From a virus, in the IMG/VR virus record IMGVR_UViG_3300045988_117276: a stretch of 60,768 nucleotides of DNA. One strand, 5' to 3'. Below are positions 52,134-60,768 of this stretch, one piece after another (the first letter of the stretch is position 1; every line of letters starts with the position of its first letter). Below the pieces are notes generated by a model that worked only from the letters and a program-made list of their open reading frames with translations, made no database searches and was not told the DNA's origin. Position numbers and translations under genes: made by a program.

Positions 52134-54269
52134 TTATTCGTTTTTAATTAATGTTTCATTTGAAATTAAAGTATCGTTACCTAACATTGTCAAGTAGCTG
52201 GAGATAACTATGCTGATCTTCTGAGGAGATTTGGTGACCTTTCCGGTTATCTCGTAGGTTCCATTGTCTCCAGAGATGGATATGTCGCTGATGGCGTTAG
52301 ATGATACGCCTATCAGCTTATCAGAAGCGTTTGACAAGGTTATGGTGATAGTTACCGTGCTACCTTCGGTTACATACACTCCCGGATTAACTGAGTAGGA
52401 GATCGAGGAGTAAGGGATGTTACTCTTTACAATCGGTCTAAACTCGATCATATCCGGATATAGCGTTCCTGCCTTATACTTCTTCAGTTGGCGTTCAAGG
52501 AGGAATTCGGAGAGGCTGTAGGGGAAGAGCATGAGAGACCATAATGCTAATTTAGCAAATCTAGTATCGTTGTCTCTATATGTACCAAGCCATAATTTAT
52601 CACTATCTACAAATGTTGGTATAATATTTATGTATTGACCATTATTTATATACTTAGACTGATAAAAAACTCTTCTTATTGTATCATCTGTATTAATTAT
52701 ATTTCTACCTCCGAAAGAATAAGAAATTTTTTCTCCATTATTGGATATAGTATTAAACATAAAAGCTCCATTGTTCTGTGATTCAGCTTTAGATAATACA
52801 GCAGCATCACCATTAGAGCCGATATTTATCCTAATTCTTTCATAATCGGCAACAACTGTATAGTCCTTCAAAACAGGGAGACCGGTCACCTTGCCGAAGT
52901 CGTTGATTCCGTCTAGGCTGAGAGCGTGTTCGATGGTGGGGAGGACTTCGATAGTAATATCCAAATCTATATTTTCTGGGTTAACTTTAAATCCTATCCA
53001 AACATTAGATAAAATTTCTGCTGGGACAAATATAGTGCTCTTAGGACAAACATATTCTCCATCTTCAGTGATTCTAATCGAGGTAATATCACTAACATTA
53101 TCTTCCGAAACATAATTATAAACAACATTTTGACCTTCTTTAAGTCCGGTTACTTTGAGTTTAAAAGTAGGAATAGAAACTTCATTAACTGTTCCGTCTT
53201 TATAAACATAAGTAAACAATAAGGCTAAATTATCATTTGCTTTTGTGAGGTGGATAGAATTTCCAGTAAGCTCAAATATAAAATCAGTATTATTACTACT
53301 AGCCATTTTATCCCAAGTTTTATTAGCACCAAACACAACCGGATAGCTATTGATACCACTCTCCCCTTCCCAACCGATATTGTTTAACTGGATGTTGTGA
53401 CCTCCTACAAAGTCGATCAACTGATCGTTAAACTCTGCATGGTTCTCGTTGGTGATACCCTGCTTCTTGATGTTGTAGTACAACTGAGGCTTGATGATCT
53501 GTCCCGGACGGTCAAGGTTATAGTAGGCGATGATCTGATTGATTTCGTCAGTGGTCAGAACTTTATTAGCGATGAATCCTCCTGCGTAGGCAATTTTAAC
53601 ACATTTTCGAGGAACATTATTTGTATCAAGATATCCGATAACTGAAAAATAATCAGCAACTCCAGCAGCTGTAGGATAGCTAGCAGTGAAATCATTCTTA
53701 TCTCCTAAAATATCATTGACAACCGTAACATTTCCTATCTCGTTAATACTTGGGGACGTATATCCACAAATATAATATTTGCCATTAAGGCCATTCCTTT
53801 CGAACATATTATTCCGGATAAACCTTTTGCCCAATACATTGACATGATCAGAGCCTATATCGGAAATATAGTTAATTATGCTAATGACAGTACATTCCTT
53901 GCTATCTCCTATCATTTCGTCAACGGTCTTTTCGCTGACGATCATGTCGTCTACTCCGTCTGTACATAGCCAGCCTTCGAAGTCGGTTCCCGGTAATCCA
54001 TACCCACTGCCCTCCGTAAATCCGAAGTTCAGCAGGCGCATGTCATTCCCGTTTGGTGTCAAGTCCTTCAAAACAGCCCGGTCAGGGTCGTCGTTTGTCT
54101 TGCCCCAGGTGGATATAGCCATCTTGACGTGGCTGAGTAGTTCGGGGTCGATGTAGGGACGACCGGAGCCCGAAGAAGCTACCGGAACTCCCAAGCGTAT
54201 CGCATTCATGCGAATAGGATCAAGCCCTATCGCATCAAGCTTAATTGGATTTAATCCTATTGCGTTCAT
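52134..54269 (-). CDS. Tail fibre / receptor-binding protein (711 aa)
   Basis: Large ORF in the fibre cluster. N-terminal 10-aa repeats NAIGLNPIK/LDAIGLDPIR/MNAIRLG (DNA 54186..54266). Confidence 0.55.
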   Translation of the reverse strand: MNAIGLNPIKLDAIGLDPIRMNAIRLGVPVASSGSGRPYIDPELLSHVKMAISTWGKTNDDPDRAVLKDLTPNGNDMRLLNFGFTEGSGYGLPGTDFEGWLCTDGVDDMIVSEKTVDEMIGDSKECTVISIINYISDIGSDHVNVLGKRFIRNNMFERNGLNGKYYICGYTSPSINEIGNVTVVNDILGDKNDFTASYPTAAGVADYFSVIGYLDTNNVPRKCVKIAYAGGFIANKVLTTDEINQIIAYYNLDRPGQIIKPQLYYNIKKQGITNENHAEFNDQLIDFVGGHNIQLNNIGWEGESGINSYPVVFGANKTWDKMASSNNTDFIFELTGNSIHLTKANDNLALLFTYVYKDGTVNEVSIPTFKLKVTGLKEGQNVVYNYVSEDNVSDITSIRITEDGEYVCPKSTIFVPAEILSNVWIGFKVNPENIDLDITIEVLPTIEHALSLDGINDFGKVTGLPVLKDYTVVADYERIRINIGSNGDAAVLSKAESQNNGAFMFNTISNNGEKISYSFGGRNIINTDDTIRRVFYQSKYINNGQYINIIPTFVDSDKLWLGTYRDNDTRFAKLALWSLMLFPYSLSEFLLERQLKKYKAGTLYPDMIEFRPIVKSNIPYSSISYSVNPGVYVTEGSTVTITITLSNASDKLIGVSSNAISDISISGDNGTYEITGKVTKSPQKISIVISSYLTMLGNDTLISNETLIKNE

Positions 54270-54550
54270 TACTCTTCTGATTCAAAAATAGAAGCCTTTA
54301 CCGGTTCCGTTTCACATTCGATTTTAAGATACTGTCCGGGGATACAACCGACAACCGGACAAGCAAACACTTTTGTATAGCCTCTACTCGGCAGTGGAGA
54401 GTAATTCTGCCCGTCATAGCTTATATACACCCAAAGTTTACCGCCTTTTTCAAATGTAATCTGCAATCCTACTTCCGCAGAATTTACCTGAACGGCATCG
54501 CTTACATAATTCTTCGCACCCTTCGTAAAGGTTATAGCTGTTTCTTTCAT
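54269..54550 (-). CDS. Hypothetical protein (93 aa)
   Basis: ORF with GGAGG upstream. Confidence 0.5.
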   Translation of the reverse strand: MKETAITFTKGAKNYVSDAVQVNSAEVGLQITFEKGGKLWVYISYDGQNYSPLPSRGYTKVFACPVVGCIPGQYLKIECETEPVKASIFESEE

Positions 54551-54561
54551 GATTATTCCTC

Positions 54562-55068
54562 CTATTTTTTTGCTGTTATCACTGTATTTCGTAAAAAATT
54601 CGGATACTCTGCCCGCACATCAAAACAAGGACACGCCTTGATAAATTCTGCCGGTTCCACCTCACCCGATCCATCCAGATCAGGTGAAGCATCCCGATGA
54701 CCGAGCAGCTCGATGATATCATACTCTTTACAGAGCTTCGCTATCAATTCGCGCAATGCTGTTTTTTGCTCGACAGTACGAGTATCGGCCGGTCTTCCAC
54801 TCGCGTCCAGACCACCGATGTAGCAGATACCGATACTGTGTTTATTATAACTAATACCGGAAAAACCTTTTGTGTTACAATGCGCTCCGTCAATGGATAA
54901 TGACCGGCCGTTTTCTACGGTACCATCTAAATCAATTACAAAGTTATAGCCAATTTGATTAAAGCCACGCGCCCGGTGCATCCGGTCAATATCCTTAGCT
55001 CGCAAGTCTTGCCCGGCAAGTGTTGCCGAGCAGTGAATGATGATTGAGTCTATATCTTCTCTTTTCAT
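54562..55068 (-). CDS. Endolysin, N-acetylmuramoyl-L-alanine amidase (Amidase_2/PGRP type)
   Basis: IIIHCSAT...HRARGFNQIGYNFVI...GAHC...HSIGICYIGG. GGAGG upstream. Confidence 0.85.
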   Translation of the reverse strand: MKREDIDSIIIHCSATLAGQDLRAKDIDRMHRARGFNQIGYNFVIDLDGTVENGRSLSIDGAHCNTKGFSGISYNKHSIGICYIGGLDASGRPADTRTVEQKTALRELIAKLCKEYDIIELLGHRDASPDLDGSGEVEPAEFIKACPCFDVRAEYPNFLRNTVITAKK

Positions 55069-55080
55069 ATACTTTTCCTC

Positions 55081-55350
55081 CTATAAAATTAATGTTAATA
55101 CTCCCAACGCCAAACCTCCGCAATCACAGATAATATCCTTGATGGAAAACTCGCTTTTCTTACAATACTTGTCGTATATTTCCTTCAGAATAAAGATCGC
55201 AACGGTTATAGCGACCGCTAACCATAGCGGAATATATTTTGATAGCCACATAACCAAATTCTGGCATACTATAATGTGGGCTATGCCGTCTATGCCTATC
55301 ATGGATAGAAGCTTGCCGGCTAATGCGCTGATTTTATTTATCATATTCAT
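55081..55350 (-). CDS. Small multi-TM protein (holin-like)
   Basis: 89 aa with 2-3 hydrophobic helices, adjacent to the endolysin. Confidence 0.5.
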   Translation of the reverse strand: MNMINKISALAGKLLSMIGIDGIAHIIVCQNLVMWLSKYIPLWLAVAITVAIFILKEIYDKYCKKSEFSIKDIICDCGGLALGVLTLIL

Positions 55351-55369
55351 TTTCTATTTTATAATTTAT

Positions 55370-55377
55370 TACTTTTG
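55370..55377 (+). promoter_or_regulatory. -7 box TACTTTTG for the plus-strand membrane gene
   Basis: TAnnTTTG match 17 nt upstream of the ATG at 55395. Confidence 0.45.
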
Positions 55378-55394
55378 CAAAAAATGATACACCT

Positions 55395-55847
55395 ATGGAT
55401 ATTTCAGAATTAATAAAAAGCTATAACGCTGAACAAAAGAATGTATTTACAGGATTTTGCATACAACTGCCACTATGCTTTTCTATTTTGTATTTATATA
55501 TACCAGAGTTTAAATCTCTCGATGTATATTTGCAAATCATATTTACGGCAACTTCTTCTATATTATCCATTTACTTTTCTTTTATATGGTTATGTCTATG
55601 TTCTTCTATATCAAAAAGAAGATACAAACTAGAAGCCTTTATACTAATTCTTCCCATATTAGTGACATCGTCTAAATTACTTATATCTCCTTCAGATTAC
55701 ATCCTAGGATATGAACATGCTTTAACTACGTTTCTTCAAGCTTCTGCGATTCTTTACACTCCTTTTGCCATTTTTGGGCTTATTCTCCGCAAATGCATAG
55801 AGTATGATAAAAAGCAAAAAGGGAAGAACATAAATAATAGTGTATAA
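55395..55847 (+). CDS. Multi-TM membrane protein on the opposite strand (moron)
   Basis: 150 aa with about 4 hydrophobic helices. It is the only plus-strand gene in the 43-60 kb region. Confidence 0.6.
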   Translation: MDISELIKSYNAEQKNVFTGFCIQLPLCFSILYLYIPEFKSLDVYLQIIFTATSSILSIYFSFIWLCLCSSISKRRYKLEAFILILPILVTSSKLLISPSDYILGYEHALTTFLQASAILYTPFAIFGLILRKCIEYDKKQKGKNINNSV

Positions 55848-55855
55848 ATTCATAC

Positions 55856-56317
55856 TTACTTCTCCTTTTCTATAATCTCCTTCACATCTTCTTTATCAAC
55901 CTTGAACACCTTCTTTCCAAAGACTCCCAAAGCTCCAATTACATTTATATTGATCCCCTTTGGTTTCAATATATTGCCGACAATCGAACACCCTTCAATA
56001 AAGCATACCAATAAGCAGGAATATACATCGATAGGATATTCGCTATGACTTGCCACAGTGATCATGCAGACCATGCAGACAAAAGCAAAATAAGTAACCA
56101 TCTTTCCCATAGTAGCGCGAATTGCACGAGAGAATCTGACTTTTTCACCCATTAGCATACTTTTTCTGACACCGAAGAGAAGATCACAAAGGATTACCGC
56201 GCATGATACAATCAGCCACGGAATCATATCCTGCAATGACTCGGAAACAAATGCGGTAGCGATTGCCGCAAATCCGCCTGTAGTTGTATGTACTATAGCT
56301 TCCTTCATAGCAAACAA
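55856..56317 (-). CDS. Holin-family membrane protein
   Basis: LIVSCAVILCDLLFGVRKS...GEKVRFSRAIRATMGKMVTY resembles the toxin-secretion/phage-lysis holin family. Confidence 0.55.
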   Translation of the reverse strand: MFAMKEAIVHTTTGGFAAIATAFVSESLQDMIPWLIVSCAVILCDLLFGVRKSMLMGEKVRFSRAIRATMGKMVTYFAFVCMVCMITVASHSEYPIDVYSCLLVCFIEGCSIVGNILKPKGININVIGALGVFGKKVFKVDKEDVKEIIEKEK

Positions 56318-56802
56318 GTCAAGTAAACGGTTAGCAATGAAATTAACTCAATCCAGAACATCGATTTGCATGCCGTCAGGTCCCATATAAGGTTTCCGGA
56401 CCAATTCTTGACTACAAACGTTATCGCGTAGATCAGAAATGCAGCCCATAGCAGCAGCCAATACCACGAATTGCATCCTACCCATATTTGGGAGAATACA
56501 AGCGACATCACCGCGCCGGCTATATGAGCTTTCTTGTGTGCTCCTTTAAAATTCGGGGATACTCCCAATACAATCATTCCGACTACAGAAAGAAAGATCA
56601 GGAACTGACTGTTTTCTGTACTTGCATCCAATGCGGCCGGAAGCAACAACAAAGACGGGAGAATCATGCATATACCGAACCAATACCTGTTACTCAGAAT
56701 GTAATAGGTATCGGAAATAGAATAAGGGATACCCTTTGTCTTGTAAATCATCACACCAACATAAGATGCGAAAACCAATAATGATAGTATTGCCAAAATC
56801 AT
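56305..56802 (-). CDS. Multi-TM membrane protein (165 aa)
   Basis: About 5 hydrophobic helices. Confidence 0.55.
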   Translation of the reverse strand: MILAILSLLVFASYVGVMIYKTKGIPYSISDTYYILSNRYWFGICMILPSLLLLPAALDASTENSQFLIFLSVVGMIVLGVSPNFKGAHKKAHIAGAVMSLVFSQIWVGCNSWYWLLLWAAFLIYAITFVVKNWSGNLIWDLTACKSMFWIELISLLTVYLTCLL

Positions 56803-56814
56803 AGTTTTATCTGT

Positions 56815-57348
56815 TTATAATGAAAACTCTAGTTTATTCGGATAACCGGTCTTGTAGTTGTAAGACTCGACTTCCTCTCCCGTCTGCAATCCCCGAACGA
56901 AAGCAATATGCTGCTGCGTCACATTATAGCAATCAAGAGCATATAACTCTAATGAGTTCAGCATAAGGAGAGCACTTGAAACAGGTATCGTATACTTTAC
57001 CGCATCAAACCATAAAACGGTATCCAGTCTTCCGGCCTGCTTCTCAATATTGATTGAGTTAACAAGACCTACGCGGTCCTCTTTGGTAAGCCACATTCTC
57101 TTTCCGGAGAGAGTGAATGAATTCACAGCGTCTGACTTGTCATAAGCATTAATATCCGCTATCTTCATCTCTTTTAGTTCATCAAGGGTATACTCATGAT
57201 CAACCAATACGGGATAGCCGCTTTCGTTCTCCCTTATTTCCTTTCCGGATGACTGACCGTCCAGCAACTCCTGCCAGTATTCTTCCGTTATCTCTACTGA
57301 ACCTTCTTGTGGCTCATCGTAGAATCCTTGTTTCCAATATTTTGCCAT
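56815..57348 (-). CDS. Tail-fibre-associated protein (DUF4376-like / assembly-chaperone-like)
   Basis: Start set at MAKYWKQGFYDEP. LDELKEMKIADINAYD...LWFDAVKYTIPVSS. Confidence 0.4.
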   Translation of the reverse strand: MAKYWKQGFYDEPQEGSVEITEEYWQELLDGQSSGKEIRENESGYPVLVDHEYTLDELKEMKIADINAYDKSDAVNSFTLSGKRMWLTKEDRVGLVNSINIEKQAGRLDTVLWFDAVKYTIPVSSALLMLNSLELYALDCYNVTQQHIAFVRGLQTGEEVESYNYKTGYPNKLEFSL

Positions 57349-57356
57349 AATATTAT

Positions 57357-57758
57357 TTATTTCCAACGCCCAACGGCTATCCAATAAAAAGGATTAGTTC
57401 CCGCGCCAGTACCATTACTATCCCCAACGGTATATCTACTACGCATTCTAAAAAAGTTTGTACCTACCGATATTATAAAACCAGAAACAACATTCATACC
57501 GCTGCCCGGTTCGTAGTAGGTAATCACAGGAACATAACTGGTATTATAAAATGATAGTGGTAAATACACATAGGTGTCGTTGCTTGATCTTGACTTGTAT
57601 CCCCACTGAATCAATAAACCATTATTAAACTTAGCATATCCGTTCATGCCCAAGGATACAGTCATAGCGTTAGACAAGTCTGCCTTTGCCAAGTCGGGAA
57701 TCATGTTCAGCAATTCTACAACTCTATCCCCTGTAAATCCGCTATTATAATCACTCAT
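57357..57758 (-). CDS. Tail-fibre tip protein (gp53-like C-terminal type)
   Basis: GYAKFNNGLLIQWGY is typical of short fibre-tip domains. Confidence 0.45.
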   Translation of the reverse strand: MSDYNSGFTGDRVVELLNMIPDLAKADLSNAMTVSLGMNGYAKFNNGLLIQWGYKSRSSNDTYVYLPLSFYNTSYVPVITYYEPGSGMNVVSGFIISVGTNFFRMRSRYTVGDSNGTGAGTNPFYWIAVGRWK

Positions 57759-58027
57759 GCAAACTCTTTTTTAATCACATTAAACGTACTTCCATCTGAC
57801 AACAAGAAACGTCCTTCAGCAACAGCAAATGCCTGTCTCTTGCCTATTTGGGAGATGGTAGTGGAGACAGATGCCTGTACTCCACTATTAGTTGTCCTAA
57901 ACACAACAGTCTGCTCCCTGTCGAGTCCTTCGTTGGCAACATCGCTTGACACGCTTGCGGTTCCATTTGAACCGGGAGTGATAACGATGTTGCCTTTTCC
58001 TTCTTTCCAAGGAATCTGCATGCTCAT
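57755..58027 (-). CDS. BACON-like single-domain protein
   Basis: Start set at MSMQIPW (TAATG overlap). GKGNIVITPGSNGTASVSSDVANEGLDREQTVVFRT...QIG. Confidence 0.4.
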   Translation of the reverse strand: MSMQIPWKEGKGNIVITPGSNGTASVSSDVANEGLDREQTVVFRTTNSGVQASVSTTISQIGKRQAFAVAEGRFLLSDGSTFNVIKKEFA

Positions 58028-58635
58028 TATGCGGCAGTCCAAGAAGTGTTAGACGTAACATTGACGGATACAGCAGATCCACTCTGAGGAATAATAATTT
58101 CCGTCGGAGAAACAGACAATGTAGCATCACCGGCAGCCTGTTTGATAGCAATCTGAGCAGCCTGTCCTCCATTCGCTGTTACCTTTAAGGTTCTAACGAC
58201 CTCTTCGATAGTATCGTTTTTAGGAAATTCCAACTCGATAGAGAAAGGAAATTCCGCAGTAGCCCCCGGGTCACCGGTAATAGTAGCCGCATTGTTAGTC
58301 TGAGTTCCATTCGCGCTATACTTTGTAGGCAACGTTACATCTGTTACGCTTCCCGCCCACGCAAACGTCAATTTCGAAGAGTTTGTTTTACCCTCGACGG
58401 TCACTGTTCCTGCTGTTTTAGGAGCAGACATCTCAGAACCATTATCAAAGGAAGCAAACTCAGACTTCGGTGACTGAGTTACCTTATAGGTCGAAGGAGT
58501 GGATACACCGACACCGGTCACCGTTACTGTTCCTGTACGGGCAGTACGCCCTGTGTGAGCGTCTGCGCTATTTGCAATTGTCCCGTTACCTGATCCGGTA
58601 GACGGATTTAACTTTAACCAACTAGGTTTTGCCAT
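58027..58635 (-). CDS. BACON-domain protein (two modules)
   Basis: PSWLKLNPSTGSGNGTIANSADAHTGRTARTGTVTVTG...YKVTQ, and a second module ending VNVTSNTSWTAA. Confidence 0.5.
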   Translation of the reverse strand: MAKPSWLKLNPSTGSGNGTIANSADAHTGRTARTGTVTVTGVGVSTPSTYKVTQSPKSEFASFDNGSEMSAPKTAGTVTVEGKTNSSKLTFAWAGSVTDVTLPTKYSANGTQTNNAATITGDPGATAEFPFSIELEFPKNDTIEEVVRTLKVTANGGQAAQIAIKQAAGDATLSVSPTEIIIPQSGSAVSVNVTSNTSWTAA

Positions 58636-58672
58636 AATACAAAATTTAAATAAAACAATTCAATTAACTATA

Positions 58673-58921
58673 TCATTCTTCCTGCACAGCATGCCATACC
58701 ACATTGGACAACACATCGACATTATCCTCAAAGTTGTTCGAAGGCATCAGCCATATGTAATCAGGGTCAACTTTTAAATAAGCCTGTTTACCAACATCAC
58801 AGACAACCCCTATCGACACCTTCATGCCCGTTGCCGAAGCGGAAACCTTCATCTCATCCGCTTTGGCCGAGACATTTCCAATGCCCTTGACAGCCTCGAT
58901 ATGTACAGATATGCATCCCAT
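58673..58921 (-). CDS. Hypothetical protein (82 aa)
   Basis: ORF. Confidence 0.5.
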   Translation of the reverse strand: MGCISVHIEAVKGIGNVSAKADEMKVSASATGMKVSIGVVCDVGKQAYLKVDPDYIWLMPSNNFEDNVDVLSNVVWHAVQEE

Positions 58922-58922
58922 T

Positions 58923-59228
58923 TTACACTGTCTTTATACCGGTATTCATCTTATCTACCTCTACTCTTGTTCCGCCTTCATAGTCGGAGTCAGGAAGGTA
59001 AGCCGTAGTCTCCAGCCAGATTTCCCCCGATCCGATTATCTTTGTGTCTATGTAGCAGGTGTAGCTATTCTCATTGACGCGGATCATCTCAGACTTCTTT
59101 ATTATCTGTGACGCATTCGAACAGTAATAGACAAAGAAGCGGCATGAGAAGTCTATATCGTCCATCGTCAATCCAGAAGGAAGGTCGATGGAGATGACTG
59201 TTTTAATTATCGTTCCTTTTACTCGCAT
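58923..59228 (-). CDS. Hypothetical protein (101 aa)
   Basis: ORF. Confidence 0.5.
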   Translation of the reverse strand: MRVKGTIIKTVISIDLPSGLTMDDIDFSCRFFVYYCSNASQIIKKSEMIRVNENSYTCYIDTKIIGSGEIWLETTAYLPDSDYEGGTRVEVDKMNTGIKTV

Positions 59229-59268
59229 ATATGTTATTTTTTTAAGTCTATTTTCATAAGTTATTATA

Positions 59269-60768
59269 TTATGCCGTTTTATTCCTTCCTATAACTACGA
59301 CCTCAAATGCACTATTAATCCATCCCTGGTCTTTATGAAATGTCTTTACTGTAAAAGTATTGGACTGTTTATCGGATATTATACAAATAGTCCAATTTTC
59401 ATTTACCCCTGTAGCTATTATAAAATAATCAGTATGATTTAAATCGTGCCGAAAGACATAGTTACCTGTATCCGTCCTGCTGACACTCATATAACACCCA
59501 TCCCCCCATCTGTTTGATATACCACCTGCTCCTGTGATGCGTCCAGCCCATAACGCTCCCGGAGCATTCCATTTTTCGCCTTTTCTCTGAATAAATTCAT
59601 GCGATCCAGCGCTTGAAATCGCATTAGATGCTCCATTACCAAGAATACTTAATACGTCTTTACCCGAACCTCCACTAAGACTCACAGCAGATCCTTTGTC
59701 ATTTCTTACTGAAAGTAGCGCAGCAGCAGGATTTCTCATTCCATACTCATTTATGCGAAGGAAATGAACACCATTCTCTTCAATTAAGATTGATCCATTC
59801 TCATTTAGAGAAGAAAGCGCATCACCCTCAATTTTAAAGCCCGCTATTTTCCCACCATCGGCCTCAATAGTTCCTTTGAATATGTACTTCTTAGTTAACG
59901 GATCAAGTTCAAAGACTATCTCATTATCAACCAGTGCGAAAATTCCGGTACGCTTTTCTCCGTCAACTGTGATACAATCTCGACCAATAGCAACTCCGGT
60001 CAGTTTACCATTGCTATCCTTCGTACCAGAAAACATCTTTGGGGATACGATATACTCCCCGTCAATCTCTGTCTTATTATTATTCCATTGTTCGACCCAA
60101 GGGAGTAGATTCGCGTCTTTTCCGTCCTCTCCCGGAATACCAGGTTCACCCGGTTTACCATCCTTCCCGTAATGACCAAAGAGACGATAGTTCTTATACT
60201 CTCCCCACTTTCCATCTTGCAGAGTACGCTCACAAGTGTACTCATAAGGATAAGTTTCCGATGCTCCACGAGGATTATCCACCCACCAGAGCACATCTTC
60301 CCAGTATGTTTCATTAGTCGGAACAATCCCCGAATGCGCCTGAATAGCTACCTTGTATACATCATTGTATTTTACTATGTTACCTGCCGAATAGAATTTT
60401 GAGCTACTGTATTCAGGAGCATCACCAATGTATTCGTTAACATATTCGTTGGATGCCGGAAGGTCAATAACATTACGCTTAGACTTTGCAAGCAGGTAAA
60501 CCTGCTCCTCGGTCTTGGAGTCCGTTGGGAATATGACAGGTTCGCTCCAGGAAGGAGTTGTTTTACCATCAATCACTGCAGTGGAATACCAACAGGTAGT
60601 AGGATCGAGCATACGAAACTTGACTCTGTCCTCGTTACTACTTGTGCTGCTGTCTTTCGTGTATACAATTTCAACAAAGTGACTGCCGGCTGTAGGCACT
60701 GCAATATCCACCACCACATTGGTTACTCCACTTCCCTCCCAGGCATGTTCGTTGGAACTGCTATATGA
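59269..60768 (-). CDS. Giant collagen-like tail fibre, C-terminal 499 codons plus stop (5' part is 2605..56)
   Basis: The frame is open to the window end: codons upstream of the track's GTG 'start' at 60717 read ...SYSSSNEHAWEGSGVTN. Contains GKDGKPGEPGIPGEDGKD. Confidence 0.85.
   Translation of the reverse strand, partial: SYSSSNEHAWEGSGVTNVVVDIAVPTAGSHFVEIVYTKDSSTSSNEDRVKFRMLDPTTCWYSTAVIDGKTTPSWSEPVIFPTDSKTEEQVYLLAKSKRNVIDLPASNEYVNEYIGDAPEYSSSKFYSAGNIVKYNDVYKVAIQAHSGIVPTNETYWEDVLWWVDNPRGASETYPYEYTCERTLQDGKWGEYKNYRLFGHYGKDGKPGEPGIPGEDGKDANLLPWVEQWNNNKTEIDGEYIVSPKMFSGTKDSNGKLTGVAIGRDCITVDGEKRTGIFALVDNEIVFELDPLTKKYIFKGTIEADGGKIAGFKIEGDALSSLNENGSILIEENGVHFLRINEYGMRNPAAALLSVRNDKGSAVSLSGGSGKDVLSILGNGASNAISSAGSHEFIQRKGEKWNAPGALWAGRITGAGGISNRWGDGCYMSVSRTDTGNYVFRHDLNHTDYFIIATGVNENWTICIISDKQSNTFTVKTFHKDQGWINSAFEVVVIGRNKTA
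60714..60768. repeat. Terminal direct duplication, identical to 1..55
   Basis: See 1..55. Confidence 0.95.

Noticed and set aside
60715-60717. The track's 'start' of ORF 59269..60717 (M translated from GTG).
   Set aside because: The frame remains open to the window end and continues in phase at position 56+ after circularisation. The GTG is an internal valine.

Overview
This window is a complete, circularly closed assembly of a tailed dsDNA phage of about 60.7 kb. The first 55 nt are repeated verbatim at the end. A 1349-codon collagen-like tail-fibre gene runs across that junction; the ORF track misses its 850-codon left part because that part has no stop inside the window. The phage looks siphovirus-like: it has a 1299-aa tape measure and I saw no sheath gene.

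Nearly all genes are on the minus strand. Read in the direction of transcription, the layout is:
- Packaging: TerS, TerL, portal.
- A 6-kb accessory island, partly plus strand: HigB/HigA, KilA-N/ANT antirepressor, XRE regulators, small acidic proteins.
- Head: scaffold and a capsid-E-like major capsid protein.
- Neck and tail: tube, G/T chaperones, tape measure, Dit, Tal.
- The giant fibre.

Continuing around the circle:
- Further fibre, BACON and deacetylase-like tail genes.
- A lysis cassette: amidase plus holin-like membrane proteins.
- A trio of odd low-complexity genes.
- A decayed lysogeny/accessory region: CI-like repressor, an integrase reduced to its arm-binding N-terminus, an acr-aca-like small-gene operon, and a Thr1 Ntn-hydrolase moron.
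- An early replication/recombination module: DUF4373/DnaD-like initiator, Rad52-like annealase, a protein with an SSB-type tip, NinB-like, RusA, Dcm methylase and a PAPS-reductase-like enzyme.

A Bacteroidales-type host is an inference. It rests on TAnnTTTG / -33 TTTG promoter motifs and on BACON, DUF4494 and DUF4373-type proteins.

The most unusual signals are:
- Two related non-canonical tRNA-like RNAs with 17-nt loops.
- A roughly 380-bp hairpin- and repeat-dense non-coding island.
- Duplicated promoter-leader cassettes driving small acidic proteins followed by HTH genes.
- A proteasome/HslV-like hydrolase cassette.

All family assignments come from motif recognition by eye; no database search was run.
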